Program-made: the position numbers and the translations under genes | In this document: positions 40,601-52,527 of the stretch, piece by piece | Layout: the number at the start of each line of letters is the position of its first letter | Position numbering within the stretch: the first letter of the stretch is position 1 | Assembly: GCF_964204645.1 (NCBI RefSeq) | Contig: NC_134026.1 | Span: 11,617,950 to 11,681,949 of the forward strand | Origin: Tubulanus polymorphus | Taxonomy: Eukaryota; Animalia; Nemertea | Reading direction: 5' to 3' | Length of the DNA: 64,000 nt | The notes under the pieces: model-generated | Databases searched by the model: none | What the model was told of the DNA's origin: nothing | Seen by the model: the letters and a program-made list of their open reading frames with translations, nothing else

Positions 40601-41610
40601 ACCAAAATATTGAATTGTCGCAGGCGATAAAACCAAAATATTGAATTGTCGCGGGCGATAAAACCAAAAAAAAAATTCTCGCGGACGACAAAAACAAAAT
40701 ATAAAACCAAAGTAATGAATTGTCGTGGGCGATAAAACCAAAATATTGAATTTTTCGCGGGCGACAAAACCAAAATAATGAATTGTCGCTGGCGATAAAA
40801 CCAAAGTAATGAATTGTCGTGGGCGATAAAACCAAAATATTGAATTTTTCGCGGGCGACAAAACCAAAATATTGAATTGTCGCGAGCATAAAACCAAAAT
40901 AATGAATTGTCTCGGGCGACAAAACCAAAATAATGAATTGTCTCGTGCGACAAAACCAAAATAATGAATTGTCGCGGGCGATTAAACCAAAATATTGAAT
41001 TGTCGCAGGCGATAAAACCAAAATATTGAATTGTCGCGGGCGATAAAACCAAAATAATGAATTGTCTCGGGCGACAAAACCAAAATAATGAATTATCGCG
41101 GGCGATAAAACCAAAATAGTGAATTATCGCTGGCGACAAAACCAAAATATTGAATTGTCGCGGGCAACAAAACCAAAAAAAAATTGTCGCGGGCGATTAA
41201 ACCAAAATATTGAATTGTCGCGGGCGATAAAACCAAAATAATGAATTGTCTCGGGCGACAAAACCAAAATAATGAATTATCGCGGGCGATAAAACCAAAA
41301 TATTGAATTGTCGCAGGCGATAGAACCAAAACATTGAATTGTCGCGGGCGACAAAACCAAAAAAAAAATCAAAATATAAAACCAAAATAATGAATTGTCG
41401 CGGGCGACAAAACTAAAAGGAAGGATTGTCGCGGGCGACAAAACCAAAATAATGAATTGTCGCTGGCGATAAAACCAAAGTAATGAATTGTCGCGGGCGA
41501 CAAAACCAAAATATTGAATTTTCGCGGGCGACAAAATCAAAATCATTGTTTTCTCGCGTTATTTTAGTTTTGTCGTTTTGTCGTTATGTCGCCCTCATTT
41601 GCATATTCGT
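28654..41610. repeat. Expanded 31-bp satellite array (~12.9 kb) with higher-order duplications and conserved terminal segment
   Basis: About 400 tandem monomers. Identical variant strings recur at offsets of 5041 and 1382 bp. Confidence 0.97.
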
Positions 41611-42559
41611 GTTTTTTTTATCTTATCAGCCACCATACTAAAGCCTTAAGGTCGCGTAAAACTCGATAAACACTTCAATCGACACAGCGAACGATCTCCT
41701 TTCCTCCACAGCGAATGCTTACTCCGAATGTCAAGTGTGAGTCCAGCCTACGGATAGGAGTGTGTTGTAAACTTGTATTTAGTAAATACCTTGTGGATTT
41801 GACAATGATCGGTATGTACTGTAGGAAATATAGAGTATTGATGGTATTGATATAGAGCTTTTCTCCGCTATATCTCTTGTTTAGTTTAGGCCTACGACTA
41901 CCCGGTACACTTATGATTTATCTTAGTAAATACACGGTTAATTTGGTAAAGAAAAATAGGTATTGCTAAACTAACTGCTTGACGCCCGCAGCCAAATCAC
42001 TGGTAGTTATAAATTAATTTGCACTCGATTTGATTCTCATGATGAGGAGAAACTCGCAGCTGATCCCCGGAACGACGATGTAGTAACACGTCGATTCGTC
42101 GATGTTTACGGCTCGACAGTGCTTTTAAAATCTAAAGTAGTAAATTTCCAGTGTATCGGTAATATGATTTGATGAGGAAAATGGGCTATTGTTAAAATCA
42201 CTGTTTGAAGACCGCGACTGAATGTGAAGTCTGCGGCATAAAATTAGTTCATTTATACTTGAATTGATAATCGAAGTGACAGTCGGCCTGCGGGTTGATT
42301 TCGGGATGACGACTCGAAAAACATGTCGCCCCATTGAATGGGGCTAAATTTTCGATTTTTACGGCCCGACAGCGCTTTTGTAACGATGATTCGTGAAAAA
42401 ACACGCGGGCTAGAGATGTAGATCTCAGTGAGCTGAACGATATTATATGGATTGTATATGAAACAGCGGTAAGGTAACAAAGCCTATGTTCTTTTGGTAA
42501 AAATAGTGTGGAAGAAAATAATAATAAATATAGCTGCAAAGCAGCGATAACGGGTTTTC

Positions 42560-42840
42560 TGCACAGTCTTAGAATCCTGTTCAACGGTGGATTTCAACAA
42601 AGCATTTGATAAGGCTCAACATCAGCGATTACTGAATAGGCTATTAGGAAACAGTATCAATGATAGGTCGCCCAAATGGCACAGCAGTTATCTCTGAACG
42701 GAAACTTGTAACCGAAATCAACGGAACGCCTCATCTTGGAATGAGACGGTCTAACTAGTGGAGTCACGCAAGGTAGTATCCTAAGTCGTCTTCTGATTAA
42801 TGTCCTGACAAATGACATACACAGTTATCCAAAATATACC
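42560..42840 (+). pseudogene. CR1/L2-type RT remnant (macro-unit 6)
   Basis: Paralog of 620-900. Confidence 0.85.
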
Positions 42841-42899
42841 AAACCAAGTAAATTTCCAAAACAACCTTAACACACTGTTCGACCAAAAACTTAATGTTC

Positions 42900-45800
42900 C
42901 GACAAAACCACGGGCGACAAAACCAAAATTATGAATTGTCGCGGGTGACAAAACCAAAATATTGAATTGTCACGGGCGACAAAACAAAAATAATGAATTG
43001 TCGCGGGCGATAAAACCAAAATAATGAATTGTCGCGGGCGATAAAACCAAAATGATGAATCGTCTCGGGCGACAAAACCAAAATGATGAATTGTCGCGGG
43101 CGATAAAACCAAAATAATGAATTATCGCGGGCGATAAAACCAAAATAATGAATTGTCGCGGGCGATAAAACCAAAATAATGAATTGTCGCGGGCGATAAA
43201 ACCAAAATAATGAATTGTCGCGGGTGACAAAACCAAAATGGTGAATTGTCGCGGGCGACAAAACATAAATGGTGAATTATCGCGGGCGACAAAACCAAAA
43301 TAATGAATTGTCGCAGGCGACAAAACCAAAAAGAAGAATTGTCGCGGGCGATAAAACCAAAGTAGTGAATTGTCGTGGTTGATAAAACGAAAATATTGAA
43401 TTTTCGCGGGCGACAAAACCAAAATAATGAATTGTCGCAAGCGACAAAACCAAACTAATGAATTGTCGCGGGCGATAAAACCAAAATAATGAATTATCGC
43501 GGGTGATAAAACCAAAATATTGAATTGTCGCGGGCGATTGAACCAAAATAATGAATTGTCGCGGGTGATAAAACCAAAAAAAAATTGTCGCGGGTGACTT
43601 AAACAAAATATAAAACCAAAATAATGAATTGTCGCGGGCGACAAAACCAAAAAGAAGAATTGTCGCGGGCGACAAAAGCAAATTGTCGCTGGAGAAAAAA
43701 CCAAAGTAATGAATCGTCGCAGGCGACAAAACCAAAATATTGAATTGTCCAGGTGACAAAACCAAAATAATGAATTGTCGCGGGCGATAAAACCAAAATG
43801 ATGAATTGTCTCGGGCGACAAAACCAAAATAATGAATTGTCGCGGGCGATAAAACCAAAATGATGAATTATCGCGGGCGATAAAACCAAAATAATGAATT
43901 GTCGCGGGCGATAAAACCAAAATAATGAATTGTCGCGGGCGATAAAACCAAAATAATGAATTGTCGCGGGTGACAAAACCAAAATGGTGAATTGTCGCGG
44001 GCGACAAAACATAAATGGTGAATTATCGCGGGCGATAAAACCCGAACCAAAGTAGTGAATTGTCGTGGTTGATAAAACGAAAATATTGAATTTTCGCGGG
44101 CGACAAAACCAAAATAATGAATTGTCGCAAGCGACAAAACCAAACTAATGAATTGTCGCGGGCGATAAAACCAAAATAATGAATTATCGCGGGTGATAAA
44201 ACCAAAATATTGAATCGTCGCGGGCGATTGAACCAAAATAATGAATTGTCGCGGGTGATAAAACCAAAAAAAAAATTGTCGCGGGTGACTAAAACAAAAT
44301 ATAAAACCAAAATAATGAATTGTCGCGGGCGACAAAACCAGAAAGAAGAATTGTCGCGGGCGACAAAAGCAAATTGTCGCTGGAGATAAAACCAAAGTAA
44401 TGAATTGTCGCAGGCGACAAAACCAAAATATTGAATTGTCCAGGTGACAAAACCAAAATAATGAATTGTCGCGGGCGATAAAACCAAAATGATGAATTGT
44501 CTCGGGCGACAAAACCAAAATAATGAATTGTCGCGGGCGATAAAACCAAAATAATGAATTATCGCGGGCGATAAAACCAAAATAATGAATTGTCTCGGGC
44601 GACAAAACCAAAATATTGAATTGTCGCAGGCGATAAAACCAAAATATTGAATTATCGCGGGCGATAAAACCAAAATAATGAATTGTCGCAGGCGATAAAA
44701 CCAAAATAATGAATTGTCGCGGGCGATAAAACCAAAATAATGAATTGTCGCGGGTGACAAAACCAAAATGGTGAATTGTCGCGGGCGACAAAACATAAAT
44801 GGTGAATTATCGCGGGCGACAAAACCCGAACCAAAGTAGTGAATTGTCGTGGTTGATAAAACGAAAATATTGAATTTTCGCGGGCGACAAAACCAAAATA
44901 ATGAATTGTCGCGGGCGATAAAACCAAAATAATGAATTATCCAAATAATTAACCAAAATATTGAATTGTCGCGGGTGATTGAACCAAAATAATGAATGAA
45001 GAAAATTGTCGCGGGTGACTAAAACAAAATATAAAACCAAAATAATGAATTGTCGCGGGCGACAAAACCAGAAAGAAGAATTGTCGCGGGCGACAAAAGC
45101 AAATTGTCGCTGGAGATAAAACCAAAGTAATGAATTGTCGCAGGCGACAAAACCAAAATATTGAATTGTCCAGGTGACAAAACCAAAATAATGAATTGTC
45201 GCGGGCGATAAAACCAAAATGATGAATTGTCTCGGGCGACAAAACCAAAATAATGAATTGTCGCGGGCGATAAAACCAAAATAATGAATTGTCGCGGGCG
45301 ATAAAACCAAAATAATGAATTGTCGCGGGCGATAAAACCAAAATAATGAATTGTCGTGGGCGATAAAACCAAAATAATGAATTGTCGCGGGTGACAAAAC
45401 CAAAATGGTGAATCGTCGCGTGCGACAAAACATAAATGGTGAATTATCGCGGGCGACAAAACCAAAATAATGAATTGTCGCGGGCGATAAAACCAAAATA
45501 ATGAATTGTCGTGGGCGATAAAACCAAAATAATGAATTGTCGCGGGTGACAAAACCAAAATGGTGAATTGTCGCGGGCGACAAAACATAAATGGTGAATT
45601 ATCGCGGGCGACAAAACCAAAATAATGAATTGTCGCGGGCGACAAAACCAAAATAATGAATTGTCGCGGGCGACAAAACCAAAAAGAAGAATTGTCGCGG
45701 GCGACAAAACCAAAATAATGAATTGTCGCTGGCGATAAAACCAAAGTAGTGAATTGTCGTGGTTGATAAAACGAAAATATTGAATTTTCGCGGGCGACAA

Positions 45801-46510
45801 AACCAAAATAATGAATTGTCGCAAGCGACAAAACCAAACTAATGAATTGTCGCGGGCGACAAAACCAAAATAATGAATTGTCGCGGGCGACAAAACCAAA
45901 TATAAAACCAAAATAATGAATTGTCGCGGGCGACAAAACCAAAAAGAAGAATTGTCGCGGGCGACAAAACCAAAATAATGAATTGTCGTTGGAGATAAAA
46001 CCAAAGTAATGAATTGTCGTGGGCGATAAAACCAAAGTATTGAATTGTCGTGGGCGATAAAACCAAAATATTGAATTTTCGCGGGCGACAAAACCAAAAT
46101 AATGAATTGTCGCGGGCGACAAAACCAAAATAATGAATTGTCGCGGGCGACAAAACCAAACTAATGAATGGTCGCGGGCGACAAAACCAAAATAATGAAT
46201 CGTCGCGGGCGATAAAACCAAATGATGAATTGTCTCGCGTGACAAAACCAAAATAATGAATTGTCGCGGGCGATAAAACCAAAATAATGAATTGTCGCGG
46301 GCGATAAAACCAATATAATGAATTGTCGCGGGCGCCAAAACCAAAATAATGAATTGTCGCGGGCGACAAAACCAAAATATTGAATTGTCCAGGTGACAAA
46401 ACCAAAATGGTGAATTGTCGCGGGCGACAAAACCAAAATAATGAATTGTCGCGGGCGATAAAACCAAAATGATGAATTGTCTCGGGCGACAAAACCAAAA
46501 TAATGAATTG
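42900..46510. repeat. 31-bp satellite array, distinct variant set, truncated by viral sequence
   Basis: Tandem monomers with private variants (AAACATAAATGGTG, GTCGTGGTTGATAAAACG). No conserved end. Confidence 0.95.
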
Positions 46511-49500
46511 TTTATATTGGTGGGCTAGGACTTGGCATAGATTTCAATGAATTTGATATAGCTAAATCTATTCTTGTAAACATCATAGTTACAGCTGTTA
46601 GTATTGAAAGAATTGTTATACCTTCAAATTTAAATGATAATTTTATTCTATTTGTCAATGATATTTCAGAATTTGGTTTTATAAATAAATCTCTAACAAT
46701 AACTTTTAATCTATTAACACAATAATCATGTGATTTTATAATAATTTCATTTCTTCTTTCTGTACTTCTTAATTACCTTCTAAATCAATTTCATTTTCTA
46801 AATATGCATTTCTATTTTCAAATTCAATTTCTTCAATAACTTTAAATTCTCTATCTAATTTTAACTGTTCTAATTCTTTTCTGGAATTAAATAACCTATT
46901 TTCTAAAGATTTAATTATATGATCTCTAATCATTTTTTCGAGCGCAATTTTATCAGCTTCATTTCGTATACTTATTATTTCTCTAATTGCTTTTTCAGAA
47001 AACATACTTAAAGCTTCTATTTCTTGATCTATTGCATCAAATAATCCCTTCGGCAAAAGATTTTCAGTTTGAACTTCCGTTGAAATAAGTTTACTGGTTT
47101 TCGAATTTATAGCTTCTTTAGGGATTGTTTTTGCTCTAAATCATTATTGATTATTCTAAATAATTCATAAATTCTTAGATTAAATTCTTCTCTATTTTTA
47201 TATAATTCTTCTAACGTTACATCAGTTATATCATTATTATTTCTTTTCTTAATTCTTAATGGATCTAATTTTCTCAAAGTTGATTCTGCTAATATTTTAT
47301 TTTTATTTTTATTGAGGATATTAATATGATAATCATCTTTTAAATGATAATAACATTCACCATTTAAAGATTGCAATTCGTTAACTAAAAGTCTAGCACC
47401 TTTATCATTAATATTATACCCAGATTTTTCAAATATAGGTTTGAATTTATACATAAATTCATTATAATCTAAATTTTGTTTTACTTAATCTGGATTATCA
47501 TTTTCAATATTCATTCTCGATTTAGCTCTTCTATCAAATTCCTCTGTTGATGGATTTGTAGAACCACTATCTGCTAAATTAGAAATACGTTCGGCAACAC
47601 CATCATCAAGATTAGTATCTTCATTCAAATATTCATCATTATCATTAGTATTACCATCATTTCCCATTTTTTTACTTTCATAATCTTTTCCAACTTCTAC
47701 ATCCATTTATAAATAGAAATTATATAATTATATAATAATATATAGAAATTAAACGTAAGAATTATAATTAAATTTTTAAAATTAAGTATTATAATATTCC
47801 ACCTAATACAATTTCAATGCAAGTTACAGCTAATTTGATATTTTTATGTGATTTATTATCATTATCATTTTTAATTATTCCATGTTGAATATTATCAGTT
47901 TTTATTTCGTCTGTTGTATTGTAATCTTTTTAATTCAGAATTGTCATTTAATTTGTTATTTTGGTTTTAGTTTCAGTTTATGTATGTTTTTTATTTCATT
48001 TCCTTCCATGAATTATGGCACAGTAATAACTTTTTTATTTATACCATTTGATCCAAATTTATTATTTATTCCGGCAGTCCTAATCAAATTACTATACCCA
48101 ATTATATTTCCTATCTTTAATACTAAATCATTAGATATAATTGATCAATCAGGGCCTATGCAATAATTTAATCTTATATGAGATTTATCTAAATAATTTT
48201 GATATCTTACTATATTTTCTGGAGTTGATATATTCTTATTATGAATTGAATCTTCAAATAGAACTTTAAAGTGTTTTTGTATATCAAATGAAGTATTATT
48301 ATTTCCAACTATTGGTGATCTTGTTTCAACTTGTGATCCTAATGCACAAATTAGATATATTCTAATAGATTGATTTATTCTTCGTATACCAGATTTTGTA
48401 AAACCTCCACTATTTTCTAAAATGAAATTAATCCAACCATTATTATTATCGACTTTATAATGATGATAAGCTTCAACACTATGCATATAATCAATTCTCT
48501 TTATTTCATACTGTTCACCAACGCCAAGAAATTTCCCATGAACTCTAAAATCAGAATTATTTATATTTATATTAAATTCATTACATATTTCATAAAACTT
48601 TGATAAATTGATATTTTTATCATTGAAATATTTTGACCCCGGTAAAGGACATTCTGATTCATTTAATATAATTCTAATTTGAAAATCTGTATGAAATCTA
48701 AATATGGTTTGAATTAATTCTAAATCAAAATAATTTAAATTTTCATCTTGATTATTTAAATGATTATTCCAACTTATTCCACAACCTGTTGTTGCAATAA
48801 ACAGCAAAATTTAATTGATTCTGCCAGTATTTCATAATAGATTATATTTTCCATACATTATATTCATCTCGTGTAAAAGTAATTTCATACGTATTAAATA
48901 TATTTTCCATTCTAGCAATAAAAAAATTTGTTTCAGTAACATAAATTCCTAAATTAATTAATGAATTCAAAACTAAATTTCTATATGAAATATTTTTATC
49001 AAACTTTTTGCTGGAATATTATATCTAATCAATTTATTATATTGAAAAGCTTTTGGAAAATTATCTACAATTTATTTAATAAAGAATTATTAATTAATAA
49101 ATTCTTTAAATGATTTATCTTTTTCTTCGATTGTTATATTTCCATTTAAACTAATTATATTATCTAATCTATCTTTTGATTTATTAATTTCTTTTATATC
49201 AGATTTAATTTTTTCTTTATTACTTTTTATATTTAATTTTGAGCTTACACCAGTTAATACACTTGAACTTAAACCTAAAACGCCAATTGATATAGATAAG
49301 GTGTTAATGGACTGAATATTGCTAAAAATGTTATTAAAGAACTAATTGTAACTGATCCACTAATAATAAAATGACATATAATTTTACTTTTTAAATATTT
49401 TCTCTTCTTAACTTTTATAACATTTTCAAATTCTAATATTTGTTTTTCTAGATATGATTTTAATTAAGATTTATTTATATCATGGGGAATAATATTAACG

Positions 49501-50955
49501 CCATCAATTTTATCTTCCATTAATATTTTGAAGAAATTACTAATTAGTGAATTTATGTGCTACAAATAATACAACTGTTCCACGTAAAATCCAAATAATT
49601 TCATATTTCTCCTGTTCATTACTTGGTGTATAATCTTCTGATAATTTAGGTTTATATAGATGTATTTTTTCATTATTTGTTACAGAATTATATAAATTCA
49701 TAGCTTCATCAACTGATTAGAAATCTCGGTGTGAAATTTTCTGATTATATAATTTTTTATTGATATAATCTATATAATTTTGTCTTTTTTCTCTATATTC
49801 TTCTGCTGCTTTATTATATTTTTCCAATGCTGAATTATGTCTTTTTTGTTTTCTAATAATGAGCCATTTTAATCAAAATGTTTGAATAAGTAACCCCCAC
49901 CTGTAAATGCTAAAGCGTTAACAATTGCCGATTCTATAATAGTTATAACTGCAGATGCCATTTATTTAATAAAAGAATTACGCATTAATTGGAGGAATAT
50001 TTTTTTGTTTTTCCGAAAAATCAATTGTAAAATTAGATAAACTGCTAATGTTAATTTCAAAATATCATTTATATCAAATCTATCAACAGTAATATTTCCT
50101 ATTTTATATACCTTTTTAATAACATTGTATAACCAACAGTTCCCACTGATAACAATGCGCCATTACATAATCCATTTATTATCCACTTTTGATCCATTTA
50201 TTAAGAAAAAAAATACCATCTTCAAAATATTAAGATAATTTAGTTATTATCATTTCAACATTTCAACATATCATCGATATATATATATATAAATACAATA
50301 TTTATCATCGATAATTACATCTTCATTTAATTCATGATATTCTAAAGATGTTAAAATCAGTTACTTTTTCTATATCATAATTTTCTATATGAAATGGTGC
50401 ATTGTTAAATGATTTACTTTTAATATCAGTTATCACATCAGTTAGTTTAATTGTCATTTCTTTACCAAGTCGAAAATCAAATCCAAAACATAAACTCGGT
50501 CCTACAGTTGTATTCATATTTATTATTATGAAAAAATATTATTTATTCTTTACATCTTACAACTAATTCATAAATAACAGGAAAATTATTTAAATCAATT
50601 AAATATCCATTATCATTTCTAATTTCTAACTTAATATTATTGACATTAGAGCAGTGTTCAGGCAATAACACAACACAAATACAGTTACCCTTGTCAACCA
50701 AAAGAAAAAAATTATCATCCAAAATAAGTGGTCAGGTGTAACTGAGATTATATATTTGTCCACATAAAAATTTAACTAATTCTTCTTAATTTATAAGATT
50801 CATGATTTGTAAGTTCTAGAATCAACACATATTCTATATTCTTTTAATATCTTGCATTTATTTTATAGATTTTTACAATCAAATCAAAATAATAGATCAC
50901 TTTTTCATCTTTACTTTTATTACATCAAAAAGAGCTAATCATCATCAGTTACATC
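46511..50955 (-). mobile_element. Decayed Polinton/adintovirus structural-gene block, copy 2
   Basis: Broken paralogs of 13680-15927. Small genes start at 49520, 49961 (MASAVITIIESAIVNALAFTGGGYLF...KRHNSALEKY) and 50197. Penton-like ends are present (IKLEIRNDNGYLIDLNNFPVIYELVV near 50540-50640). Confidence 0.8.
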
Positions 50956-50977
50956 AGCAAGCGCCGCTGCGCCAAGA

Positions 50978-51602
50978 TGTTGTGTACTTTATTTCTCCAC
51001 TGCTCGCGATCTGTAGTAACTTGTTTTAGGATTTCAATATCTGGTGTTCTATTGTTGAGGTTAACACCGATCATAGGGAGATCTTTTTAAGTGTTGACAG
51101 TGTAACCGGCTGGTTGTCGTATCGGCAGGCTGGCTGGGGAACTAGCATTTACACCAGCGGTACAGGATTCCATTCATCAGGAACAACAAGGCAGTTAAAC
51201 ATTATATGTACAATCTTTATTGTATCCCGGAATGAGAATGATTATCATAACTGTTCATAGTCTTTATATACAGAATCATGAGTGTGAGAACTAGGTGTCA
51301 GACAAGTTGTAGACATCAGGACTCACACCTAAGTGACATATTTGAGAGACACAAATTAATTAATGACGAGCACTGACTAGAGCTAATTACTTTGAATACA
51401 TATTGAGTAGTCTGACATGTTGATTACGATAAAGATATTGATACTATATTCATAAGTTATATTACATTATTAAAACTATAATTATTATTATTAAGCATTT
51501 CATGTAGTAAGAGATATGAAATATTATAAACCATTCGATATGAGATTGTAGATATACATGTATATGATTATAGAATATGCAACTTATATCAGGGTGACAA
51601 CA
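50978..51602 (-). mobile_element. Probable LTR with adjacent primer-binding site
   Basis: Termini TGTTGT...ACAACA. Minus-strand TATATAAA (~51263-51270) and AATAAA (~51217 and ~50988). TGGCGCAGCGG lies 3 nt past the 3' end. No TSD found. Confidence 0.45.
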
Positions 51603-52317
51603 GCCAGGTTTTACGGGGTCGTCCTCTGGGTCTTTCAGTTGGTCTCAAGGACTCTCGTAGTGCTTTACGTACTGGTGTTTCAGATGGTAGGCGCATCAGA
51701 TGTCCAAGCCAAGTTAGTCGTCTTCTGGTTATGATTTCACTCCAGGGCACAGTATCCGTTATTTTACGCAGTTCTTTGTTGTTAATAATTTTCGGCCACG
51801 TTAGTCCTAGTATTCTTCTTAGCAGAGATCTCTGGAAAGAATCAATTTTGTTTTCTAGAGTTACGGTAAGAGTCCATAGTTCGCTGTTATACTGAAATAT
51901 ACTACTAAGATAGGCATTAAAAGTTTGGATTTTCGTTTCGATGCTAACTGTTCTACAATTTTAGAAATATCTTTTAGGGTGTTATCCGCGTTCAGAGTTA
52001 GATGTTTCTTTCTGTTGATGTCTGATTCCGTGTCCAATAAAGAGCTAAGTATTTTACACTTTTTTCAGTTTTCTTCACTCTCCCTTCATATGGTATGTTC
52101 TTCCGTTTTCGTCTCGTTGGTTTCTAGATCTCTAAGTTTTAAAATTGAAGGGACAGTTTGTTTAACATTATCAATTCTGTGTCTACACGTAGTTGCCCAA
52201 GTTAAATCATCAGCATAGGCTCTTTTTCAAAGAAATCTTCCGTTCCTCTAATATTGTAATTATGATCTCGTAGTTCTTTTGGGCAGGTGTCAGTTGTTGT
52301 CTTGCAGTAGCTATGAT
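51603..52317 (-). pseudogene. RTE-like LINE, C-terminal part of the RT ORF
   Basis: Manual translation gives YADDLTW...YNSELWTLTVTLENKIDSFQRSLLRRIL...RRRLTWLGHLMRLP...RPRGRPRKTWL, with stops and frameshifts. Confidence 0.85.
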
Positions 52318-52439
52318 AGTAATAGGGTATTAGTTGTTCTATACCAAAGGTCGAAGGGTCGAAAAATAAATTCTCGCACACTCGAATTTATTTTTCGACC
52401 CCTCAACCTTTGTTATAGAACAACTAATACCCTATTACT
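52318..52439. repeat. 122-bp imperfect palindrome (56-bp arms, 10-nt loop)
   Basis: AGTAATAGGGTATTAGTTGTTCTATA...GAAAAATAAATTC-TCGCACACTC-GAATTTATTTTTC...TATAGAACAACTAATACCCTATTACT. Confidence 0.95.
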
Positions 52440-52527
52440 TCTATATAATCACGAGTCTCATAAATTTACAAGCCTCAACACGTTGAGTATTGTTGATTCT
52501 AGATGGATGGTTCTAGAAAACTACATT

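Noticed and set aside
929-46498. Hundreds of minus-strand ORFs with VLSPATIHYFGF repeats
   Set aside because: They overlap in all three frames, mostly use non-ATG starts and are frequently frameshifted. They are artefacts of the stop-free 31-bp satellite.
2492-46510. CRISPR array interpretation of the palindromic 31-bp repeat
   Set aside because: Monomers are head-to-tail with no unique spacers and there are no cas genes. The context is eukaryotic (spliceosomal introns, LINEs).
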